Shown in pieces: positions 1-11,126 of a stretch of DNA of 64,000 nucleotides (within the stretch, counting starts at the first letter, position 1; each line of letters begins with the position of its first letter). The notes under the pieces were generated by a model. The model was not told where the DNA came from. It did no database searches and was given only the letters and a program-made list of their open reading frames with translations. The stretch is from Cystobasidiomycetes sp. EMM_F5 (taxonomy: Eukaryota), in the NCBI GenBank assembly GCA_051047955.1, contig JBPGPT010000004.1, positions 496,001 through 560,000 on the forward strand, in the 5' to 3' direction. Made by a program: the position numbers and the translations under genes.

Positions 1-9
1 GTAACTTAC

Positions 10-2180
10 GACATTCTGCTTTTGTATTGCGAATATACTGAAGGATACATGGACCGCAAAAAACGTGTCCACAGGCTGTAGCTAGCACTTCGCCTTTGCG
101 CCACAGCGGGGAGATGCAAATTGCACATTCTGGTGCAGTTGTTATTCGCTTGACTGGAGGTGCGGACGTCCGCTTCTCGTCTACAATAGACGGCATGCAA
201 CGCGATGACAATGCTTGCTTGTCTGACTGCGTGTTGTCGCGTTGAGCTGTGTTTTCGTCCGCCAGAGACCGAGCATCCGTCGCCGCAGCGTGTGACCCAG
301 TAGACTCGTTGGACGATTTCTTCTTGCTCCTGTGGCGCGGACTGGATGGTTCGAGCGGAGCAGGCAGGCCAGGGACGACAAACTTTGGCTTGACGAGGGA
401 CGACGGTGGAGCTTCTTCTAGTGCTAGCGGCGGAATATCATCGATATCGGACTCGGTGCGGGCAGACAATTTCTTGAGCGCTTCCATTAGTCCAAGCTCG
501 GGAGATAGCTGCGACGGAGGAGCGTGCCACCACCGACGCGCATCCAATTCTGGTCTGCTTGACAAGTCACGGGAATGCGACATAGACGAAGCGGCTGCAG
601 TTCCACCATCGAGACACCTGCTTCCGCTGTGATGATCAGATGATTGCCGCTGCCTCGCATAAGCCTCGGTACGCTTGATCCGCTGCACGTCTTTCTGATG
701 GTCTGCCCAGATCTGCAGCAAACTTCGCGCTCCGTAAATGGTATCAACTGGGCGGCAAGGCACGTTTTGAGCAATGTGCTAAGCCAGGCATACGGAACGT
801 CAGCTGAAACTTCACCACACCTATGGGCTGTGAACGGCGCACCATCTGATAATCACTGAACCTGTCATAGTCAGTTGAGCAGCTTCTGCAGAAATACAGG
901 TGTTCGCGAGCGTTGCAAAGGTGACGATACAGCTTGTCGTGGGTGGGAAAATGGCGGCGACATTTCTCACAAAACGTCTGATATCGATCGTAGCAGAAAC
1001 AGCGTGGAGCAGGCATGAAAATTGGCGCATCGATTGGCGCAGTATGCTTCACTTGCGATTGGGATGGATTGTAGGCGTCATTTTCGGGTCGTAGTCGAGG
1101 GAGCATATCGCGCTTTGAATCATTATGATCGCGTTCATCTGTCAGCGTGAGATGCCCAGCCATAGGAGACAAGCGGTTATTCGGCTGGCGTCGCTGTTCT
1201 TGCTGCTGACAGCTGTCGTACTTGGTATGTAACCTCAAATCCACCTCACTCGCAAATGGCTTGCCACAGGATTCACACCACGAGGGAGTATACTCGTACG
1301 GGAGACGTGATGAAGTTTGAAAGCGCTGAGACGACGGTCCTGCCTGAGAGTATGTATTCCAGCCGTTTCCTCCTGACTCCAGTGACGGGGCCGGGGTAGC
1401 TTTTGCCTTGCCCTTACCATTGCCCTTACCAGTATCCTCGACATAACCGCGTTTGCCTTCGATGGCTTCCGCGTACGGCGGCGGATCATCTTCGCTACTC
1501 AGGCGAGCGTCATGTAGTCTATCGTATCCATCATACGGCAGATGGGTAGCCGAGCGAGGCGTGTCGGCCTGTGTCTGCGTGTACCATGACCAAGGGTCTC
1601 TTGCTCGCTGTATCATAGCCACATGATGTCCTGGCGACTGGGTGACGGACGGCACCTCTGTACGACTGGGCGAAACTTGCATGCCAGCTGCCTTCACCAT
1701 CCCAATGCCTCGGGGTGCCGGTGCGAGGCTAGTCAAGGTCGTATGAAAGGAATGATCAGATGAGCAATCAGACCGAGTCGGTGAAGATGGTCGGACCGGC
1801 GCTGCCTTCTCGCTTGGACGGGTGGCACGTGAGGATTGACTATGCATAAAATGGGAAAGAGTTGCATGTTGTAAGTTCGACGACGTAGTTTCAATGGCCT
1901 TCCAGGAAGCAGAGTCTCTGACTGAGCGAGGTTTCTCTGCATGGCGGGATTGTGACTTTGCGTTTAAGCGAGCAGGCGATGACTCAACGCTGCCTTGCGT
2001 GGAGCGTGTTCGCCAAACGCCCCACGGAGCTTCGTGAGGCTGATTATGATCCTCAGGCCACAGGTGTGAGGGGCTTGAGGGAATTGAGTTTGAATCCAAC
2101 TTGCCATGATGACTGGCGGAGTCTCCCTGTGTCCACCGCGCCCACTCCGCATCTGCGGCTGCGTCGGATTGAGAAGTCAT
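10..2180 (-). CDS. C2H2 zinc-finger protein with C-terminal C3HC4 RING finger (putative E3 ligase); 3' end runs off the window
   Basis: ORF 744-2180 has CESCGKPF..LRLH, CEKCRRHF..LYRH and CRSC. An intron at 842-779 (GT..gctgac..tAG) joins an open exon 778-10 ending PECAICISPLWRKGEVLATACGHVFCGPCILQYIRNTKAEC, followed by a gtaagt donor. Confidence 0.8.
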
Positions 2181-2707
2181 CTATCATCCGTCAAGGTCTT
2201 GATTGAGGATGGGTACGAATGCGGCTGTAACGACGGTGAACATAGAAACAGAGCCTTGATGCTGGCTAAAATAAGGCAACCGTGAGCAAAACGCGCAGTC
2301 CAGCAGCAACGAAGCCGTGCTCACCGGGAGAATACCTTTCGTATCTTGACGTTCGTTTGCGATAGTCTAGCTCGCTAAAACTTGTTGTATCACATATACC
2401 TGAACGGCTGCAATAACGGCAATACTCGAACATATGGCTTGCTTGACGCAAATGAGCGTGGAGCGGGACACAGCAGCAGTCTTCTTGCCTTGCAGGAAGT
2501 TGACAGCTTCAGAAAGCCTTAATTATATGTTTTTTTTGTTGGTTGAAACGGAACCAAGTTCCTGCGAATCCATCGGCTGAACGCCTGTCTTTCCCAGACC
2601 TACTGACAGCCAACACTGACTTGAACAGTCTACAACTGATGCATTAGCTGCTGATCCCGAGACTAATTCATACAGCGAATGTCCCTCGCGGTGCTTCATT
2701 CGCAATC

Positions 2708-4191
2708 ATGGCTCAGCCTGCCGATATGACGATGCAGACCGCTGGAAACAATTTGCGACAGAGCCTATTGTCTACGTGCACGCCGCTGTCGCCGAAAGAT
2801 GTATTGGATCAGGCCAACAATCTCGCAGGCAAAATCATTCTCGTGACAGGTATGCGCGTCATCGTGGAGACGTGTTGACGGCAATGACTAAGAACCCTTT
2901 GCAGGCGCAGGCAGCGGTATAGGGGCTGCTTTTAGTCTACTGGCTGCGTCTCTCGGGTATGTAGCCGTACATTTCAGACCTCGCGGTATTTTGACTGTAT
3001 CTAGCATAGTGCCAAAGTCGTTTTGGCAGACCGATCCCCAGACGGGCTCGCTCGAACCAAGAAGGAGATCATTGCATCTGGCATATCACATTCAGACGCG
3101 GTCATCCTCGCACCGCTCACCGATGTGACGGTATGGAAGCAGCAGCAAGACATGTTTGACTTTACGATCAAAACGCTCGGCTGTATTGATATTGTCGTCT
3201 GCTCTGCCGGCATCAGCGAGCATCAGCCCGGATTCTTGCTCGACAAATATGATAGTGCGACGCTCCGCTTGTTCTCAACAGTGTCTATACTCATAAATTA
3301 CCTTCAGCCAACGGCGCTTTATTGCCGCCCGACATCGCTACACTCAGCGTCAATCTGCATGGATCTATCTTCAGTATGTTTCTCAACTATTTCTTTGACA
3401 CTCGCTCAAGACCGGACAGCCACAAAGCTGGCCGACCATTACTTCAGACAGGCAGACAGACCTGGATCTATCATACTACTCGGCAGCCTTGCTAGCATGT
3501 TTGGCGTGCCTATGGGGCCAATGTGTGAGTGCTTACCTAAGAGTATCGAAGCCTTCAACATCACAGAATTGTGCTGAATCCCTGTCGCGGGTCGTGGCGG
3601 ACAGATGCTGTTGTGAGCCTGAAGATCCGCCGTCTAGTCTATGGATCAAGAGCTGACGCATGTGTATTGATAAAGGCCAAACATGGTGTACTTGGACTCG
3701 TCCGTTCGCTTCACTACACTTCGTGGCCACACAACATCAGTGTGTGCATGGTCGCGCCGTGGTTCACAGATACCCCGATATTGCCTTTACCGACTAAGCT
3801 CATACTAGCGGGGTTGCCGAAAAATGAAATGTCGGATGTCGTCAGAGCCATAATTTACGTACGTGTGTTTCTGGCCGATTGTGCATCAGCAGTCCAGCTA
3901 AAAGACATCACGCACAACTAGGCTGCCTCACGACCGAAACAAGCAGCCGGTGCAGTTTTGGCAGTCGATCCGAAAGGCATCTTACTGGTGCCGCACGACA
4001 CCTCTCAGTTCGGCCAAGGAGGGTTCAACGAAACGTTTGCTATGCGAGCCATGGGAGCCATCAGCGCCATCAATACTGCCAAAGAGATCGTATCGATACT
4101 GTCAAACGCAATTGCCGGATCTTCACTGCTCATTGGCCTAGGCGGCTTTGGGGCTGCCTGGGCTGCATACAAATACTTGTTGAGTGCGTAG
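2708..4191 (+). CDS. Short-chain dehydrogenase/reductase (classical SDR)
   Basis: Spliced KIILVTGAGSGIG (TGxxxGxG), IDIVVCSAGI, GSIILLGSLAS, catalytic YAVAK across a micro-exon, and VAPWFTDT. Confidence 0.88.
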
Positions 4192-4561
4192 GCCTTGAAA
4201 GTCTGCTTTCACGCAACAAGGCGAGCTTTGGATAAACAAATCGCACTGACTAGATTGACAAGATCATCGTTTTACGAGCGCCGGCGTACGATAGGCGCGC
4301 AGCGCGCAATTTCCACGTCCCTTGCTATGGCTAAATATGCAGTCACTACGTTCGGCCGGGTGTACAAGCCTTACCTACCGTCTCACATGCTTGTCCAAAC
4401 CTTGCCACCGACTCTTCGTATCGCCATTGCAAGTTTGCCAATGAGCACAGCCCGTACACGCAGACACAATGACAAACAAAGCTCAGAGACTCTGACCGTT
4501 TTCCGAACATGCTCTAGCTCCCGCTTTACTTTCCGCAGAACGTCATCGCCAGTTCTTGCCA

Positions 4562-5017
4562 ATGCGCTTCTCCGCAATCTGGTTCGCACTCTGCGCTTCA
4601 CTGTTGGCGTCTGCCCGCCCTGTCTACAGAAGGAGTAGCACGGCGTGCATGGTCGATGCAGATTGCGAAAAGACATATGTAAGTGAAGATCGTAATCATA
4701 ACCACACAGTGCGTTATACATTCGCTTACTTCCCATATCTGTCAAAGTGCCCAACTTGCCTCGACAGCGGTGTTTCAGCAGCCGTATGCCAGAACAATCA
4801 ATGTCAGCTAACATGCAGAGGCAGTTGGACACTACAGGATGGGCGATGCGTTGATCAGTGGAATAACATAAATACCTGCGGGGTGCCAAATACCACGGCG
4901 ACGGATGACGGGTGTAACTGCTTTGGCGACTTTATCGCAAGCCCCGTCGCTACATGCGCCTGTCCAGAAGGCAAGACGTTCATGGCGAGCCCAGATAGAA
5001 AGTACGTTTGTGCGTGA
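4562..5017 (+). CDS. Small secreted cysteine-rich protein (PriA/CPL1-like Cys spacing)
   Basis: Hydrophobic signal peptide MRFSAIWFALCASLLASA, a possible RR processing site, and many Cys including CQNNQCQLTCRGSWTLQDGRCVDQWNNINTCG. Confidence 0.7.
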   Translation: MRFSAIWFALCASLLASARPVYRRSSTACMVDADCEKTYVSEDRNHNHTVRYTFAYFPYLSKCPTCLDSGVSAAVCQNNQCQLTCRGSWTLQDGRCVDQWNNINTCGVPNTTATDDGCNCFGDFIASPVATCACPEGKTFMASPDRKYVCA

Positions 5018-5190
5018 ACTTCGACTACTATCCATCCCTGCGGACAATCCGAGCTTGGATCCAACGCCAGATGTACGCCAGCTTGACTTTGTGATGTTGT
5101 GCCAATGTATAAAGTTCGTGCTGCCAGTTGTGGCTCTTATATCAATTGATCAGTCTGGTCGTTGCCTTCACTCCAAAATAACGTCTGAAC

Positions 5191-6282
5191 ATGAACGTCG
5201 CCGGACCATCGACGATAGTGCTACGATGCTGTCAGCGCAGTCCAGCTGTGCCATCGCTGGGAACAGTGGCAGTCGCGAGCGCGTCCACTCTACGATTCGC
5301 AAAGAGCAGAGCAAAGACGGGCAGCAAGCACAAGACGCCGCCTGGAACAAACGCCAAAGGGGACCCGCACGGTCGACCTAAGCGGGACGATACGACGTAC
5401 GGTATCCCACCTTTGCATCCATCGCTGTACCTGCGCGGGAAACAAAAACTCAGCCAGGCCGACGTCGAGAGAGCGCAAAGGCCAGACTTTGAAGCGATAT
5501 GGGCAGCGGAGAGGAGTCTGGCTGTGCTGCAGGATACCGAACCAGAGTACAAGAAGGCAGCTCAGAAGTTGCATGAACTGCGCTCGTCGATGCCGAAGAG
5601 GCACCCTCTGTGGGCATTCTTCCACGAAAAGACCGCAAAGGACGCACAGGACGAGGTGGAAGCTCGTCGTATCAGACGCGAAAAGACTGGACATACAGCG
5701 ACGGAGCCCGATGAGTTTTCCCTGGCGTACGCACTCGAGCCATCGAGTACTACGCAATTCAACTCCGGTAAGCCTGGAATGCAAAGCAAGAAGCGAATGT
5801 TTCTGATGTGCAGCACCCTCCTTGACTGTCGTCTCAGGTCGTCCGTGGACCGTCGAGGAGCTCCGGAGGAAGTCTTTCGATGATCTGCACAAACTGTGGT
5901 ATATTCTGCTAGTCGAACGCAATGTACTGGCGACACAGAGAGCAGAAGCTAAGCGAGCACACCTGGACGTCAAAACCTTCAGCCACATCCTCGAATATGG
6001 CGGCAGAGTGAGTGATTGCCCATACAATATGCCATTTCTATGTTGAAGTATGTGCTTTGGTAGTTGCGCAAGTCCATGGCCCGCATAAAGTACACTCTCA
6101 ACGAACGACGAAGAGCAGCAGAGGAGGCTCAGGCCATTCTACAAGCAGCAGCGGAGCGGCACGGCACTGACAGCCTTACGGACACGCAGCAAGCCATCGC
6201 GAATCAGCGCGTTTCATCCTTCACGGAGCCGGGCATCGCTCCTGTTGCACCAGCGTTGGCAGAACAACGTGCCGCCTCATAG
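5191..6282 (+). CDS. MRPL4: Mitochondrial large ribosomal subunit protein uL29m (MRP-L47 family)
   Basis: [38 protein letters not shown] and [14 protein letters not shown]; two introns. Confidence 0.92.
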
Positions 6283-6432
6283 TCTTACTTGTCCGAATAT
6301 ATACGCATGCAGTGAGGAATGCCATACTGCACCTTCTACACACAGATCGCTATGAGCCTCGATTTTCAGGCTTCCGAGACCCATCTACTGTTCTGTTGAG
6401 CGTCCGAATGCATGCACTTCTAGTAGACTTCA

Positions 6433-8328
6433 TTACGCCGCAGGCGAGACGTCTGTTCCTGCGTCCACTTCCGCCTCCTCATTCCACCGCATAGCACGCT
6501 TGACTGCCATTTCCCAACCTCTATACCGGCGATTGCGTTCTTCATCGCTAATTTTCGGCTTGAATGTGTCTGACCCAGCAGTATTGACCTTTACGAGCGA
6601 ATCAGGATTATCCAAATCCCAGCCGAAAAGTTTGAGGGCAGCTCCGGCGCATAGAGCCGAGCCAAGTGCTGTCGATCTGTACGGACAGATCAATATAAGG
6701 ACGTCTACACAGAAGATTCTCAGGACTCACTCCCTCATCTGCGGCCGCACTACATCGACCCCAATGATGTCTGCCTGGAGCTGCATGCAGATATCGGAAT
6801 TCGTCATTCCTCCATCGACCATGAAGCTCTTGAGATCAGCCTTGGCGTCTTTCTTCATGCTGTCGAGGATGGCCCGTGTCTGGAAGCAGGTCGCCTCGAG
6901 AGTTGCACGAGCGAGATGCGCTTTCGTCGTATAACCCGTTAATCCTGTAGCAAGAACGCAGACATCCGTCATGGTGGGCTACATGTTTGCTTGGTAAGAT
7001 CACGTACCGATTATGGTTCCTGTGGCCGAGTCGTCCCAATATGGCGCGAAGAGTCCGCTGAAAGCGGTGACAAAGTAGACACCGCCAGTATCTTTGACAC
7101 TCTCAGCCAGATCACCGATCTCGGAAGCTTCCTTGATGAAACCCATCTGATCGCGCAGCCACTTCACCGATGAGCCAGCGACTGCGATGCTGCCTTCCAG
7201 TGCATAATGAGGCTGCGCTTTTGGTCCAGCTTTATATGCCACGGTCGTCAAGAGGCCGTGGTTGGACACTGCTGGCTTCTCTCCAGTATTGAACAGCATA
7301 AAACAGCCTGTGCCATACGTGTTTTTACCTTCTCCTTTTGTCAAGCATTTATTGCCGACTAGAGCCGCTTGCTGATCGCCAACAAGACCCGCAATAGGCA
7401 CGCCATCCAGCTTACATCCGACATTGATCTTGCCATAGACTTGCGAGTTTGAAACAATCTCTGCGAGAGCGGCTTTGTCAACACCGAAGAAGTCGAGCAG
7501 TTCTGGGTCCCATTCCAGCGTTTCAATATTCATAAACATTGTGCGCGACGCATTGGTCACGTCTGTCAAGAAGATGCCGCCTTTGCTCGCACCACCCGTC
7601 AGATTGTACAGCAAGAAGGTATCGACTGTTCCAAAGGATAGATTCTTGGCTTCGTGCGCTTTGCGGACTTGATCAACATTGTCCAGCAGCCATCGCAGTT
7701 TTACACCGGCAAAGTATGTAGAGATGGGCAGGCCAGTCTGCGAGGCGTTTTTTATGAAAGGTGCAGTGTGCTCAACGGTTTCGAGCAAGGCTTACCTTGG
7801 CCTTGAGCTCGTCAATACCTTTCGAGCCCTTTTTGGCAAGCGTTTTGACTGTTCCAGTTGTCCTCGTATCAGGCCACACCACAACATTATGCAGCTTCTT
7901 TCCAGTCTTCTTGTCCCACACGCATGTCGACTCGCGTTGATTTGTTATGCCGATGCCCTTGATATCGGCTATCTTGTACTGGCCGTCCTTCTCTAGCGCC
8001 TCGCACGCCTTGTCGATGCACTCTACGCAGGAAGCTAGAATCTCGTCGGGATCCTCCTCCATCCATCCTTGCTGAGGATACACCTGCTCAAACTCTTTCT
8101 GATGCGAGGCGACGACCTGGGGAGTTGTCTACGTCAGCCGACTGAATGGGTAGCATGCTCCAAACCTCAGCCTTTCAGCCTCACGTTTGCGTGTTCGTCA
8201 AAGACAAAGAAGCGTGTGCTTGTAGTCCCGCAGTCCAGCGACCTGTTTGAGTACTCAGATGCCAAGGTCTTTGCTCTTTCACTCCATCTCGCTCGCTTCA
8301 CCGATACTCACCCCACGAGCTCAGGCAT
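6433..8328 (-). CDS. GUT1: Glycerol kinase (FGGY family)
   Basis: [57 protein letters not shown] and VDGGMT. Confidence 0.96.
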
Positions 8329-8644
8329 CTTTCTGCTAGCGCTCAAGAGTCTTTGGATGGACGTGGGCTGCTTGTACGGTGCCTTGAAGCTGAAAAGAAG
8401 AGGTCTTCTTATAGCCGTTCTTTGGAGTATAGGGGCACCGGCAGCGGAGACGAGTCTGCAGGAAAACAGTTTGAAGATAGTTTTGAGCCTGAGTAGAGCT
8501 GGAAGTCAGTGTGCTCCAAGGCTGCCAGTCAGTGTTAGTCAGTGATGTTGGAGAATTGCTAGCAGTTGGAGGTGCAATATGGAGCGCTTTATGAGGCTGA
8601 TCGGGCAAACGGCTAGCGAACAGAGACTGGCTTGAATTCCAACC

Positions 8645-9680
8645 ATGACTGTCGCTTCTGACGAGCTCGAGGATGCACAATATGGTATCGGACAGGCTGT
8701 CGATGAGTTTCTGCAAAAGGTCTACCCTCCAAGCTTCTTCCAGCGAGAAAGCTCCCAGACCTGTGACGCAGTATCGCCTCGAGAAAGCCGGAAAAGAGCA
8801 TTCGTGACGCTGACCTATGCGCAGTCTCTGGACGCAAAGATTGGTGTCCGAGGTAGTCAGTTGCTGCTGAGTGGGCCGGAAAGCCTGCGAATGACGCATC
8901 GGTGAGCGGGGTTGCGAGTACATCTAAAGTATCTTGATTGAGATAGGAAACAACAGTCTACGAGCGATGCATTCTGCAATCCTCGTCGGAGTTGGTACCG
9001 TCCTGAACGAAGATCCGTCATTAACTTGTACGTCCCGCCCGCTCGAATCCTGCACATTTCGGGCAGCCCAGCTCAATACAACCCCATCTAACGCCAGGCC
9101 GCATACCACATCTCCTTCCACTAGCCCGTCAGCCATCTCCTTACGTACTCGATAGCACACTTCGAACTCCTCCCTCGTGCAAACTGATAACAAACGCAAG
9201 GAAGGGGATAAGCCGTCCTTTGACTATCATCTGTCTGCCTTTGCATACCGCGGGCGAAGCAGCCACTTTGCGAGCTGTTGCACTCAGGGCGGCTGGCTGC
9301 ATGTTACTCGAGATTGACAGCGATGACAAAGCTAGCCCACCAGCCAAACGCTCACCCAGCTTGGCTTCCTTCCTGGCTGCCTTGCCACCTGAGACGTCAA
9401 TGATGGTCGAAGGAGGGTCCACAGTCATATCTTCGTGCCTCTCCTTGCGAACTCAAGTCAATCGCATCGTCATAACGACTGCTCCAAAGTTCGTTGGTGC
9501 AAACGGCGTTGCTGTCTGCGTTGACGATCCAGACCGCCTTGTCAGTTCGTCTTCACTGTACATACGACTGGTGACTGAAGTGTTCGATCTGAACAGATGC
9601 CGGATTTGCAGCACATCGCATCATGCATTCTTGGCCAAGACACTGTAACAGCTTGTTCCACGCAGTTCTACGGAACATAG
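8645..9680 (+). CDS. RIB7: Riboflavin-pathway pyrimidine reductase (RibD C-terminal domain)
   Basis: FVTLTYAQSLDAKI, LSGPES..MTH, HSAILVGVGTVLNEDPSL, VLDSTLRTP and MMVEGGSTVISS. Confidence 0.9.
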
Positions 9681-9755
9681 TGAGGCAGCACTACGTCAAC
9701 GGCCGCGCAAAGCTCAGTCTTGGGGATTTATACAACGCAGGCCGCAGTATGGACA

Positions 9756-10928
9756 TCATATCCCGTAACCCCGCAATTTTTCGCAAATCGCCTTTTGGTT
9801 CGCTGGATCACTACTCCAAGGACTCGTGCGGACTTTATTCATACGTTGACCGAGGAAACGCCCCTCCTTTTCGATGAGACTTGTCTTGTCTGCACAGCTG
9901 TTGGCAGCCAGAAAGACTGGGATTTCTGAGTACGACTCTGCGGAATTGCCAATCGTACGGGAGATGATTGGGCTAGCGAGAGAATACAGTTGGGGAAGAG
10001 GGAAGGGAAAGCCTTGATTGGCGGCGCTGTTGGTAGTGACGGCTCCTGGGAACAGATGAAAGAAGGAGATGTTGGGATATTTCGCTTGCAAGCCCTGGGT
10101 GAAGAGGATGATTCAGTGGAGATCTGCACAATCAAACAGGCGAGTAGACTCATACCCTGGTATATGCATCGGTGATTGTGCTATCTGCATTTCCCTGTGC
10201 CATAATCTGGCTTAGCCGATTCTTATTTCTCCCCTTCCTCCCCTCGAGATCATCAACGTCAAAGGTCGTAGTCGAAGGTGCCATTCCCGGTGCGCAGACG
10301 TTGATGGACGCTTCTTTCAGCACTCCACTTTCGGACAATCTGTCTGCGATGGCGAAGCGCGATAGAACCTGTATGGCGAAATGATACTCTATGCCATGGT
10401 GATCTATCCATTTCCCGTTTGGCGGACCTCCCTGCGTCTGTACCAGGTAATTGACGCTCCCTTTGCTCTTTTCGGTGATGGATTTGATGGATTGCCGGAC
10501 TTCTTGAGGGCGACTAGATCTTTGGCGTCAGGGAGTAGTCAACCCAACAAGTACCACTAGCTCACCTTAGATCTCCCTTGATAAAGTCGAATGTCTGTGT
10601 GATTGGCAGAGGAATCAGCGATACTCTTCCTTCCCCGCTTGAACTAGTCTTGCTCGCCTTTCCATCAGGACCACCCTTTGCCACCTGTTTGCAGCGTTCG
10701 ATGACCTGCGACATGCGTTCTTCATTCCTTCCGACGATGATGACGCTGCACCCAGCCTGCAGGGATTGTCAGATGGATTATCCTCTCAAACATGGACACT
10801 CTTGAAAGGCTCACTTGAGCAAAGCGGACTGCCACTCCAGCTCCTATGCCTTGGCTTCCGCCTACGAGGACGGCCAGCTTTGACGTCAGGTCGAGATTGG
10901 CATTGAGCCGTCTTGCCAGAGAAGACAT
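9756..10928 (-). CDS. NAD(P)-binding SDR-like oxidoreductase (atypical)
   Basis: LAVLVGGSQGIGAGVAVRFAQ Rossmann motif and FFHLFPGAVTT; several short introns. Confidence 0.8.
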
Positions 10929-11126
10929 GTTGGTCACTGTGAAATGGTCAGAGGTAGAGAAAGCTGCCAGGGTGTAAGTCGCATCTACTCGCATCGGGCC
11001 CCGTCGCGCTCAAAATAGGAGTATGCATAATGACGCTGGATTCTTTCGAGTTTCTTAGACAACAAAGTGCGGTTTAATGTATGCACAGATGACTGATTCG
11101 CCTATGCACATACTCCAGCCCTTGTT

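Noticed and set aside
249..632. 127-aa plus-strand ORF
   Set aside because: Antisense shadow of the RING-containing exon on the minus strand.
4195..4889. ORFs 4195-4638 (+) and 4383-4889 (-)
   Set aside because: No recognisable motifs; they overlap the better-supported secreted-protein ORF.
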